Source: Pavona decussata
Lineage: Eukaryota
Direction of reading: 5' to 3'
DNA: 64,000 nucleotides
Assembly: GCA_977016875.1 (NCBI GenBank)
Contig: CDRNST010000068.1
Coordinates: forward strand, 434,001-498,000
Position numbers and translations under genes: made by a program. This document shows, one piece after another, positions 39,174-50,095 of this stretch. Numbering within the stretch: the stretch's first letter is position 1; the number at the start of each line of letters is the position of its first letter. A model generated the notes under the pieces. It had not been told where the DNA came from. It did no database searches and saw nothing but the letters and a program-made list of their open reading frames with translations.

Positions 39174-39625
39174 TTAAAGGCTATGCACTATGCGTTAATT
39201 TTCTCAAAAAAATGTAAAAGGTTCATTTTGTATTCCAATAGCCTTTGCTGAGTTCCTCTTTTTCACGCAAGTCATAAACCGCGCAAAAATAACTTTACAT
39301 TAGAAGGCATCATCCTATAAAGAAACCAGAGTCCCTCGGACCATTCCGGGATGCACAGAACGTATGCCCTGTAGCAAAACCCAGTAGCTTACATAATGGA
39401 CCTATGAGTTGAAGCTTAAGTGAGTAAGCTAAAACGTGTGGAAAAAAGGTGTGGAAAATACGAGCTAGCGCGTTCGGAATTTTGTCAACTTTCATAAAAC
39501 CGAGTTTTCATTACTCAGTGCATGGAAACAAAGAAAGGAAGTCTTTTGTATGCTTTTCAGAACAAACACTTGAAATCCGTAAGGGCTTCAGTGTCTGTGT
39601 TCATAATTAGAGACGCTGCGGTTAA

Positions 39626-39913
39626 GGAGGTGCCTCTAAATACAGCAGTATTTTTGCGCCGTTTATGACTATGTGGGAAAAGCAGATCTTATAGTAAAGA
39701 CTATTGGAACCCAAATGACATTTCCCGCAAATTAAAAATTTATTATCTCTGAAAACTGCGCGGTAAGTACTGATTTTCTTTTCGGATTCCAAAACCACTT
39801 GCCCAGATCTTCTTTCCCCGCGTAGTTATAAACTACGAAAAATAACTCTGTTTAGCCTGCAGATCTCGAAATGCGCATAACGTATGCGCCGTAGCAATAT
39901 GAGACACCGTACT
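39626..39913. mobile_element. older inverted copy of the same Kolobok-like MITE family
   Basis: TTAA-GGAGGTGCCT start; internal AGATCTCGAAATGCGCATAACGTATGCGCCGTAGCAATA is complementary to the left arm of the 38781 copy. Confidence 0.55.
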
Positions 39914-40121
39914 GAAGTTTAGGGCCATTTTTCAACAGACTTCACTATAATCAGGCGAGGAATAAAAGTTGGATTTGCCTCACTGGCATTTAAAGACAAT
40001 TGTGTTACGGCAGAGTCAATTAATATAAAGGAATATGCTGCGTGAAAATTACCATTTTGTGAATTACTTGTCATAATTTAGTTGACATTTGCGTGATAAC
40101 TGACTCCCTTCATACAAAGTC

Positions 40122-40442
40122 ATGGACAAGTCAACAACTCTTGATGGAAAAAAAGTGAGAAGCAACTCAAGATATCAGAAGGACATCGACAGGTCATTGA
40201 CAGTTATCTATCACAATTTGAAACGAATACAAGATGAAAAACTAAATCAAAATAACTCGCAGCTAAGAAGGCACAGCGATCCGACAGGACATGCGACCAA
40301 TTCTGTACGACAGCAAACGTACGAGAACACTGTTTCCAGAGAAAGATCGCATTCCGTAACCAACAGATATCATGTTCTAAGGAAGAATGAGAGAAAAGTG
40401 AGCTTCGCTGAGGATGTGGCGAGTCAAAGTCAGAAGCATTGA
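40122..40442 (+). CDS. array copy 8 (subfamily C1): 106-aa helix + RVxF protein
   Basis: GTCATGG start with TATA-like TATAAAG ~95 nt upstream; YQKDIDRSLTVIYHNLKRIQD, RRHSDP, ERSHS, ERKVSFAED. Confidence 0.85.
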   Translation: MDKSTTLDGKKVRSNSRYQKDIDRSLTVIYHNLKRIQDEKLNQNNSQLRRHSDPTGHATNSVRQQTYENTVSRERSHSVTNRYHVLRKNERKVSFAEDVASQSQKH

Positions 40443-43400
40443 CAGCAGAGAGCCTTTATTTGAGAACCAGCATAATCTCACGGAGAGAGGAAAGGACAGA
40501 GAGACAAGACGCAACTGAATACTCCGTAGAAATGTTGTCCCCATCTACATCGGGGTTATGACTGCGGCTCCTAATGCAGAAAAGACTTAGCCAAAATACT
40601 TTAAATCCTGTTATTAGTTTAGGTGGAGGTGTGATCATGCGAACGGTTCCGTTATCTGCTGATCATTCATGGATGAAAGACTGTGATATACCTGCCTATA
40701 AAGCTTCAAATGAATTTGTAAGTTCAAACAAATCCCTAGGAGTACTCTGCTTATTTACCTGAAATAAATATATGGAATATTGTTCGAACAGTAATGTTTA
40801 AATCAAGCAAGTTTATCTTATGATCGTTCGAGCTGAATTTCATGCGATGCAAGTATTTTCAGTGTGTACCTTGGTGCTCCCGAATAACATGTGTCGCTCC
40901 AGTGGGTTACTCTTCTCATCATCAAATTTTGAAAGCAAACAACTCAAAAACAAGAAACCCGACTTTGGCTCATTCAGTCGTAACTGCAAAGTCATGGGGA
41001 AGTTTGTCAGCACACAGTCATGAATAAAATTAACTAACTAGAATATCCTAAGCAACAAAGCTAGTAGGAATCATGGATTCTCTCTGTTAAAACTAAGCGT
41101 GTTTGAAGATAACTCAGGGGACCAATGATATGAATTTTCTGACCATTTACATGTTGTCGAAAGTTCTTTACGGCAGAGTCATATCGATTACGGAGGACAC
41201 GGCATTGGATCTTAAAATTGTCCTTGCCCTCAAATGATAACAGCTTACGAACATGACAACATTAACTTTGTTGGTTAGTAAATTCTGTTGATTATATTCC
41301 TTTTTTCTCACCAATGCACCGTGGCCACATTTTTACCACTAAAACCTACTGGCACATATAGATGGTGAACCAAGCTGAACGTTACGAGCCCCTAACAAGG
41401 GAAGTCAATATTTTTGTTTTTAAAGGAGCAGCCTGGACTGACAACAAACAGCTTTTAAAAAAACACTCTTAGTATGGCTGGGTCCAATATCCTAGATATT
41501 GAAGTGTTTTCCGGTTTTGTCTGCAGGGAATTTAAGTGGTAATAGTCGACCTCATTTTTCTGTTTCCGCAAGAATGTTATTGAAACTTTTATCCTGTTGT
41601 TTAATATCATAAACCAATTCACTACGGTACTCTCTTTCACCACAACACATGTAACAACTTGTCTTTTAGTTCTCGTTTTGCGCGTTGAGCTTTGAGAAAC
41701 GAAACTATAATAAAATGCTCCCGAAAGCGGCAGAGCGTTTTGCTTGATAGAAATTTTGCGGAAATATAATCAATCATTTTTGTTTTGTCTTCCGAAGATT
41801 GGAAAAATGAATCACTTGACGAAATATGCCCCAACTCAACTGGAAATATCTGATGATATCCCCAGTTTTCAAACCGACCTAAGTCACTTCATTGCAGTGA
41901 GAGTCAGCATTTGAAAATCTCAGTTGGAATAGACGAAGACTTCAAAACATTTATCGAAAGTGGTGCAGGAAATAATTAAAAAGCCAGCATCCCTAATGAC
42001 AATAGCTCTAATGGTTTGTAAGACTGTGCACGGATATTTATTCATGCACATTTTCCGTTCCCAAACAGCTTTCTTCAGTGATGAATGAAGCCAAAGGAAA
42101 ACTGTTTCCTTCTCGGAACAGAAAAATGCCCTCGAAGAAATTTCCGTGAATATTTTTGGGTGCCCAAATAAAGTTTATTGTTTATTTGTAAATCATGATC
42201 TATATCCATTGATCCTCAGACCGCAACGCAACATTGGGAACAAATATATTCAAGACAATAGTATGAATATATACTTGTTTTTAAAATTCGTGGCAAATAA
42301 ACAACTGAACGGAAATAAGTGTTTATGTCTACTATCTTTTAGCCGTTGGCAAAAATTACACCCAAGCCTTCCATTATATCAACCTGTTCAGTCAATACAA
42401 ATTCTTCCTAAGCTTGCTATGTAAACGATACGATTTACAATAGCATGGATTATGTTGTCTTGTTAACAATTACTCTGCGAGCGCGCGTTGGATATGAGAT
42501 GGTAACTTTGTAGAGAGCCCGTCGAGTTGGTTTTAATCAACACATATCCAACATGCGCGAGTGGAATGACTATTTTATTGTAAGCAACCGAGAGACATCG
42601 TGCTGATGGATTTCATCATTCAAGAAAGATCAGAAGACGATTCAATGGCTGCTAGTCCTTGGGCATAGTTAAATGGTTGATCTCCCGTGACCGCTAAGCC
42701 AATCAAAGGCCTGGAATTATTTAACTAATGATCGAATTTTTAAAAGATATTGTATCGGATAGTTTTTTTTATTCACGCGGATTGCCGATATTGTTGCATA
42801 CGCCGTCACCTAAGTCATACATGCATTCTAGCAGTAGAGAATTCGTCCGGGTAAATGGCAGAAACTCCTTTTGAAGGGAGTGTCCTTTGCCTTACTTAGA
42901 ACATAAACTTTCTCACAATGCATAATGATGATGACGACGACAATACTGACGGAAAGGTCGCTATAATCATTCTATAATTCATAGATAAGAGTCAGGCAAC
43001 GTTCATTTTGAAAATTACACCCATACTCTTTCGCCACCAGGATAAGAACCGACATACTTTTGAGATTCATAATGTTAGTTCTGTTTAGTGGCATTTTAAG
43101 AATAATAACACTATGCTTTCTGCCGCAACATATTTGTCTCTTCATTATCCTGGAGAGACCTTATAAGTACCGTCTCTGAACTTCCAGGAGGCAGTTTTAG
43201 CAATATTCAAAACGGCCAAACAGACAGGATCATACAGATGTCTTGGTAATGACTCGTAAGTGGGCGAAGAAGACAATGCCACCCTCTCGGCAGCTAAGTG
43301 ATGATTTGTTAAACGTGTCAGTAGTGTTTTAAGTAACCTTTTTACGACCTACGCAATAAACGGGAAAAAATCAGAGAGCGTAGATGCAAAGAATATAATA

Positions 43401-44344
43401 ACAAGCTCAAGATTTATGGATAGATCTACATGCAAGGGCGAAAAGACTTCATCCTCCCTTCGCACCACCTCCCCTTCCCTTTTCTTCTCCTCATAATCAA
43501 TGTTGTCCGATTTCTGGATTTAATATGAGGTTTACTTACAATGAAAAGGGGACGAAGGTCAGCATAAGTGAGCTGCTCAGACGTTTTTGTTACCTGCTAT
43601 TGAATTCGTTTTTTAACGTATAGACAAGCTGCTAATTATTATCATTAAGGTAAGAGACAGTTAAGGGTGTCTCAACACAATCACAGTGATTTTACTTAAC
43701 CCAGAAAACGAAACACCAGGAATAATGCTTATAAAAATAGAGAAAAAAGGTTATTAGAAAACAAATTAAAGAGTTACCGCAGTAAAATAGGTACGGTGCA
43801 GAAAGTTTAATACATAATTCCACTTTAAAAAAACTCATTCACACACAAATACTCTTCATTCCTATGGCCAGAGCAGATCTTTCAAGTGACAAATTAATTT
43901 CGTAAGGGTGAAATCAAATGAAAGGCACTGAACAATGAATTCGAGTAGTTTATCGGAATGACGACGGGCAACGAAACGACGTGAAGTGGTCCATCTTGAT
44001 GGAGATGGCGTCGTTGAATTTAATGAACAGAACCAAGAGCTATTATACTAGGGCTCTGGACAGTTCGAAATAAGCGGGGTATAGTTAATAAAAGGCAATG
44101 GTTATGAATGGTTACGAGATTTTCGTTAGCTGCTCATTTTTTTGCCTCGACCGTGCACAAACCACAATCGATTTTGAATTGTGTTGGAACAACTGACCAA
44201 TGTAAACGTTCTATTAAGATATTCAGCTGAAGTGTGACTGTTAAAACAATGGTTTGTGTATGGTCGTGGCCTTTCCAACACTAAAGATGAATTGCAGTTC
44301 CATTATCATCAACTTTGAAGATGGCATGGTTTCATAACCAGTCA

Positions 44345-44521
44345 AGAGAACAATTCCGAGTTGCTCTGAACCTCATTAAAGAGAGGCTTCTAGCATTGGT
44401 TTCTATTATGAAAATTAGTTTTCATTCATGTGCAAACAAGACTAATTTTCACATGAAGAGCTTTGCACTTAGCCTCGCCCTCGTAATGGTCGAGGTTCAA
44501 GCAATTCGGAAAAGGCCTATT
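44345..44521. mobile_element. second copy of the ~177-bp MITE
   Basis: ATTCCGAGTTGC ... ATGAAAATTAGTTTTCATTCAT ... GCAATTCGGAAAAGGCCTATT, similar to 35996-36172. Confidence 0.65.
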
Positions 44522-44895
44522 AACTTTGGCCAGGGATATTCCAAAATCATAGATTCTAAAGGATTAACTGCTAGTCTTACTTTAATTGTCCGCTTATAGT
44601 TAGCGTGTTGTAATTTGGATTTGGAACCATTTCGAACTAAGAAGCTGATGACGTTCCGAAAATTGTCTGTCTCTAATCAGGCGTATAATTTTCCTTAGTA
44701 GTGTTCCCATTTTACTTTCATTATCGCTTCCTATCGAATCTGATAGGTTAGAAACCTCCGTCTTAATTGCCAAATACGTTATGTAAGGCGCGTAGAGACT
44801 CTTGTGATCTGTCTCAGTGCCCCAAGCAGATGAACGCTTCTTTGAAGACAATTGAATGTTGTAAACCAAGTGACAATTGCTGTGTGTTGAAGACC

Positions 44896-45210
44896 ATGGA
44901 CAAGAAAACAACTCCGAATGGGCGACAAGTACTAGTGACAAACAGCTCGAGATACGAGAGAGATATCGAAAAGTGCTTTTTAGTTATTTACCACAATCTC
45001 AAGCGAATCCAAGAAGACAGCGCAAGTGGTCAAAATCACTTAACGAGACAGAGAAGTAAGAGTGCGCCACAAATACCTGTAGCCGACCCTGCATTCCTGC
45101 GAAAACACAGGAAAAGTTTTTCTATTGAGGGATCGCACTCTACAAACGACACAAGTCATAACCCACGAAAAAATAAGAGAAGGGTGAGCTTTTCCGCTGA
45201 CATTGCCTAA
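44896..45210 (+). CDS. array copy 9 (subfamily C1): 104-aa helix + RVxF protein
   Basis: ACCATGG start (MDK; an in-frame ATG also exists at 44830); YERDIEKCFLVIYHNLKRIQE, RQRSKSAP, KRRVSFSAD. Confidence 0.85.
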   Translation: MDKKTTPNGRQVLVTNSSRYERDIEKCFLVIYHNLKRIQEDSASGQNHLTRQRSKSAPQIPVADPAFLRKHRKSFSIEGSHSTNDTSHNPRKNKRRVSFSADIA

Positions 45211-45606
45211 GTCAATCAGAGAAACCAGAAAAGTTGGTCTTAAATCAGAGTTGCAGATCAAGTGAGAAAAGAACTCAAGAGAAGGATGCTTCGTTGTCAT
45301 TATATAGTGCGAGTTCGTAGAACTTACGTTTGAATTTAGAGACGCATGCATATTATTGCTTCCCTTCCATAGCTTCAAAAGAAGCAATGTATCAGAAACT
45401 TTACGCTATGGATAATGGCCGTAGCAGACAGCCGCGAGTAAAACCCATAACAATTACAGAAGGAAAGGGGAGTAGGGTGCTGAGTCAGGAAACATGGTTT
45501 GAACTGAGAATTTACTGAAGACCAAAGAGGTCGGATAATGTTTTCCTGTCATGTAACTGATGTATGTTTAACTGATGCCGGCACCCGTCCGTTGACGAAT
45601 ATAATC

Positions 45607-46242
45607 CTTCGTAATCATGTCTGGTTGCCTTTAGGAGTGATCATTACAAAACAGAACCCACCAAACTTAAGTTCTCTACTTTGTTTGTAAATGTACATTT
45701 CACGTAGGGCGTTTGAAAAACAACTAGAAAGTAATTATAAACCACAAAACCGACAATCTTACAAGTGTTTTGGTAGGAGTATTGTTCTTCGCAATCATGC
45801 ATGGCCATTTATACTGTACAGTTTTAGTGTTTGTAAAATGTCTAGTGGCCTTTTGGAGTGATCTTTACATACCAGAACCCAATAAAATTTAGTTTTCTTA
45901 TTTGTAACTCTTAATGCACATTTAACGTAGGGCGTTTGACAAACAAACTAGAACATGAGAATGATGTATTAATCAGTAAATGACACAGGTATACTCGGAG
46001 AAAAAAAATCCGAGTGCTCCTATCAGGAGTCGAACCTAAGACCTTCGGATTACTAGTTCGCATGCTCTACCACTGAGCTGCAGGAGACTCGTGGGAGCTA
46101 AGGCCATTAAACTAGGTTCCGTGGGACAAATATCCCGCATACTACTAGGATTGGAATGTCAATTAGAACATAATTGTAAACCACAAAGCCGACAATAGTT
46201 CAAGTGTTTTGATAGGAATATTTGTCTCCCAGTCATGCATGG
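45607..46242. repeat. diverged tandem duplication whose second unit carries an insertion
   Basis: GGAGTGATC...CAGAACCCA...CGTAGGGCGTTTGA...CTAGAA...AAACCACAAA...CAAGTGTTTTG...TCATGCATGG is present twice. Confidence 0.7.
45957..46163 (-). mobile_element. tRNA-Thr(AGT)-derived SINE-like element with 8-bp TSD
   Basis: Minus strand has AGCTCAGTGGTAGAGC, a CTAGTAA loop and GGTTCGACTCC; TAGAACAT duplicated at 45949-45956 and 46164-46171. Confidence 0.8.
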
Positions 46243-48173
46243 ATTTTAGACCGAGCATTTACTGGCTTCACTAAAATTCCAAAAATGTTTTTGGTCCAAA
46301 GCTCTGTGGATAGATACAATTAATTGTAGATCAAGGGTCAATACTTGAACAAAGCCATGCTATTTCTTAAAATTTCCTTTTTTTTACCTTTCATTTATAC
46401 TCAGTTCAGCTTTAGTGTTCGTAAAATGCTTCATTTGCAATTCTTTCCATTCTACTATATCTTTACCGTTAGCTTATTGATGCAATGACCGTCATATATT
46501 ATTACGTATACACCCTTGGCCCATGACGTCATTGCGTGGCGTGACTAGCGTGTGTGATCAGATTCCAGAGTCCAAATTCTGATCAAGAAGTTTGCAAACT
46601 ATTTTGTCTTTTGGTCTGTCGCTGGCAAACTTTTACGACAAAACCAGAACCGTCCGATCAAAAACGTGACAATAACCGTAACAAGTAACTTTAACCGGAT
46701 TATAAAAGCTACAATTTTGTGTTGGGTAGAATGTAAGAAATTTGCTGTTGTTTGCCAGCCTCTTAAGGTCGGGGTACACCTGAAAGCCGTTTTCACGCCG
46801 CATAAAATCGGTCAAATGGAAATATCTTGTTTGCATTTCAAGCAATACAAAAACCCTCCATTCATTACACAAATCAATGTTTGGGGTATTTTGTGAATTT
46901 TTGGGTGATTTTTGGGTATATTTGGGAGGAGATAATTTTTCTTGAAGGATTGGTAAAATTAAGAGAAATAAGAAATGTTGAAGATTTAGTGAAGTTTTAA
47001 AATAAGAATTTTTAGTTAATAATTAATAGACGGATACCAAGTTAGTACACTAGCAACCTGGGGTGCTCTTGCATGGGTATCAACTGCCTATTAGTGTTCC
47101 AAAAATCATTTTCTTTCTTCTATCCATTCTTAAAACCTCTTCAAATTTTACTCAAATTCAGGTAGAGCCCCGCCTTAAGACGAGGGATTTCTTGCCATGG
47201 CTGTATTTATTCTTATCCCGGAACAGAGTAAATCAAACGCACCCTTAGCGGTTAACATGACGCTCGCATGAGAAATGTCTGTATTCAGTGTGTGTTATTG
47301 TATAAAACAGAGATTCGATCTGTTCAGATATCGATTACAAAGACTCGACGTCAAAATGTGTTCTGTTCTCCACGTGTTATACTAGCCGTGTAGGTAGAAT
47401 TGTATTTCTCACAACACTTTTAGTGACATCTAGTTCAAACATCCCTTTTCGTTAATGAGGTGATCCATAAAGATGGTGCCACGAAATATTCGGGAAATAT
47501 TTCGTTGCGTCTTGTGGTCTCCTGCCACAAGACCAATCGCTGGATTCGAACAAACCCTATCGCCCAGTGAGGACTGACGGATGTAGGTCAGCACAAATTA
47601 AATTATAATAGAACACGGGGCTCAGGAGATCGAGCTCTTGAGGTAGCATTCCATGACTTTTAATCGAAAAACAAAAGTCTTATAAATAGTTGTGTGTTCT
47701 ACGCATCACCCAATACGACCAGTGGTCATCTCCCCCCTCCCCTTGCACCATAATTGGTTGCATTTGGGAGTCTGGCCTTAGTCTAATTCGGGGCATTTGA
47801 AGGCGCCGGAAATTAGACCTCACAGAATTTTGGGATAAGCGTTTCAGTGCTAAAGTGACAAATTTATTCAACAAAGGCGAGAAGGGGAACAGTAATAAAG
47901 TGGCAAATCCACATTAGGAAATGTCATTCGAGACAGCTTTTAGGAGTATGTGGATAAGCTCAAAAACTGTACCGTTGCGCACTGGAACTGCTCCTTTTTT
48001 GGGGGAAGGGGGGGGGGGGGTGGGGGCGGTAATGCAGGAAAAGATTGATGTATTGTTCGAGACTAGGATCTCGGAGTCTTTGAGCAAAAAGCTAAAATAG
48101 TCGTTAAACCAAGATGAAAAGATACAATCACGAGGGGGGTTCACAAACACAGTTGTTGAACTGGGGTACTAAC

Positions 48174-48493
48174 TGTGAACCCATGAGGCTAATGTGTGAT
48201 TACGATAAAATAGCTCCTTACATGTTGAAACATTATATTAATGTCAAATTTGATATGCTCTCTCAATCAGTAGTTTGCTAAAGTGTGAAGAGGTTGACAA
48301 ACAGAGTCGTCGAACTATCTCTGAATTTAAGTGGGAATTCTTGAAGAGAAAACCCATAACAGAATTATATTGAAGACGAAGTTAATTAAGCAGATGTAGG
48401 AGATGTATTGCGTGCAGTAGACTTAAGTGCTCATTTGTAAAAGTTAATTCAATTAAAGTCTAAGGCAAGTGAATTTGTGCACAAACCCCTTGA
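48174..48493 (+). repeat. left copy of a ~320-bp direct repeat flanking array copy 10
   Basis: Aligns with 51182-51498 (TGTGAACCCAT, GATAAAATAGCT, GAGAAAACC.ATAACAGAATTAT, AAAAGTTAATTCAATTAA). Confidence 0.75.
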
Positions 48494-49301
48494 TGAAGTT
48501 GTCTAAGCCTTATCGGTGACAGCTCACGTCCTCGTTAAAGACAAAAACTAAACCCACCGGTTTAACGATTTTGTAGAGATTCGAAGCAGAATTATGTAGG
48601 AATATTATAATTTAGTCCCATGACTGCAAAACTGAACCGTAAGGCTACAAGAATTCGCCATTCAGCTCTTATTATCAGCAAGAACTCGAGAAGCAAAGCC
48701 GCTTCAGGCGACAATATACGATCGGATAATCGTGACAGACATGGCCATTAAAGTTAAAAGGACGAACAATGAAACACAATTATATGAATTATTGGCCTAG
48801 GAAGTAGAATTAAATATTAAAATGTATAATTATTTTTAGTAATGGTTTCGTATGGCTTGAAACTCAATACTCTTGCTATCGTAGTCTTCTAACGGCATTG
48901 TCCGTTTAGAGGCCCGAATTGGCTTGATTCTTTTTATTATAACTTTCAACGAAAACTGTTTCACAGCTTTTGCCTTACAGTAGAACAGTCGGGTTAAAAT
49001 CACAAATCATAAACAGGTTCAGTATTCAGAGCAAGTGGCAGTACTCATTAAGACTAGGGTGTAAGGGTGTAAACTACGACTGAAATGTTTGAGCTACATC
49101 ATATGAAGGACACGTTTTTCTCCGAAATTTCAATGAATTTGAAGAAAAAGAAAAGAAATTTTCAGACTACAAGACTTTAATTTTGGCCCTTGGGAAAAGA
49201 GGAATAACAAAGGCAAATCCAACGCTGTTATGCAAGCCAATTATAAAAAGAAAAAAAAAACCCTTATTAAAAAAAAATATATTCAGACTTGAACGGTCTT
49301 A

Positions 49302-49355
49302 CCTGTTACCTGTTACCTATCCACTTCGTGCCATGTGGCACATAAGGCCTCAAAT
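49302..49355 (-). mobile_element. extreme 3' fragment of an RTE-type retroelement with a long TSD
   Basis: Minus strand GAGGCCTTATGTGCCACATGGCACGAAGTGGATAGGT(AACAGGT)n; flanked by a ~27-bp direct repeat AAAATATATTCAGACTTGAACG.TCTTA (49274-49301 and 49356-49383). Confidence 0.6.
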
Positions 49356-49837
49356 AAAATATATTCAGACTTGAACGTTCTTAGCTGGTCTTCAACCCTA
49401 AGGTGGCCTGGTGCCACCAGTGCAGTGCGCTATCAACTGATCTATCAATCGAAATTATAAGACTTGGTCATTTTTCAATCAATTTGGTAGAGCTTTAGAC
49501 CGGAAATTGCAGAGGTCATGGGTTAGTATCTTGTTCAACGATCTTTTTTTAGGCTTTTTTTTTCCAGACTTTATTTTGGCAGCCTCTCAAGTTTCGTACG
49601 TAGCTATTATGGTTTTTCGTTTATAAATCTTTAACCTGCAGTTCAAATACAAGACAGTTCATTTATTCCAATCCGGTTAAGGAAAGAAGGTTGATAGCTT
49701 ATCCTATGCGTTGGAAGCCAAACAACTAAACCAATCACAGGCCGAAGGCACCATTATATAGTGTTCCTCATATAGTTTCCCTTTATACAGACCCGAGCAA
49801 GTCTTCTAGATACCAAATATACTTGGCTCAACGGATC

Positions 49838-50095
49838 ATGAAAACAGTGCAAGTCAAAAACAACCACAAGTATCAGAAGGACATTAACAAGTCCTTCGCA
49901 GTAATTTACCACAACCTAAAGAGGATTCGCGATAATGCACAGCATGAAGAAAAGAGAAGCCAAGAAGAACCGTTTAATCCTGAATTGCTACAGCTACACC
50001 TTTTGGAGGATACTTCTAACTCCGAAAAGGAAGCTTCGAGGAAAGTGACGAAGAAACGAGTGAGCTTTGCAGTGGATGAAAAAGAGGGGATGTAG
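49838..50095 (+). CDS. array copy 10 (subfamily C2): 85-aa helix + RVxF protein
   Basis: YQKDINKSFAVIYHNLKRIRD, ELLQLHLLE, KKRVSFAVD; CCAATCACAG (49731) and TATATAG (~49755) upstream. Confidence 0.85.
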   Translation: MKTVQVKNNHKYQKDINKSFAVIYHNLKRIRDNAQHEEKRSQEEPFNPELLQLHLLEDTSNSEKEASRKVTKKRVSFAVDEKEGM

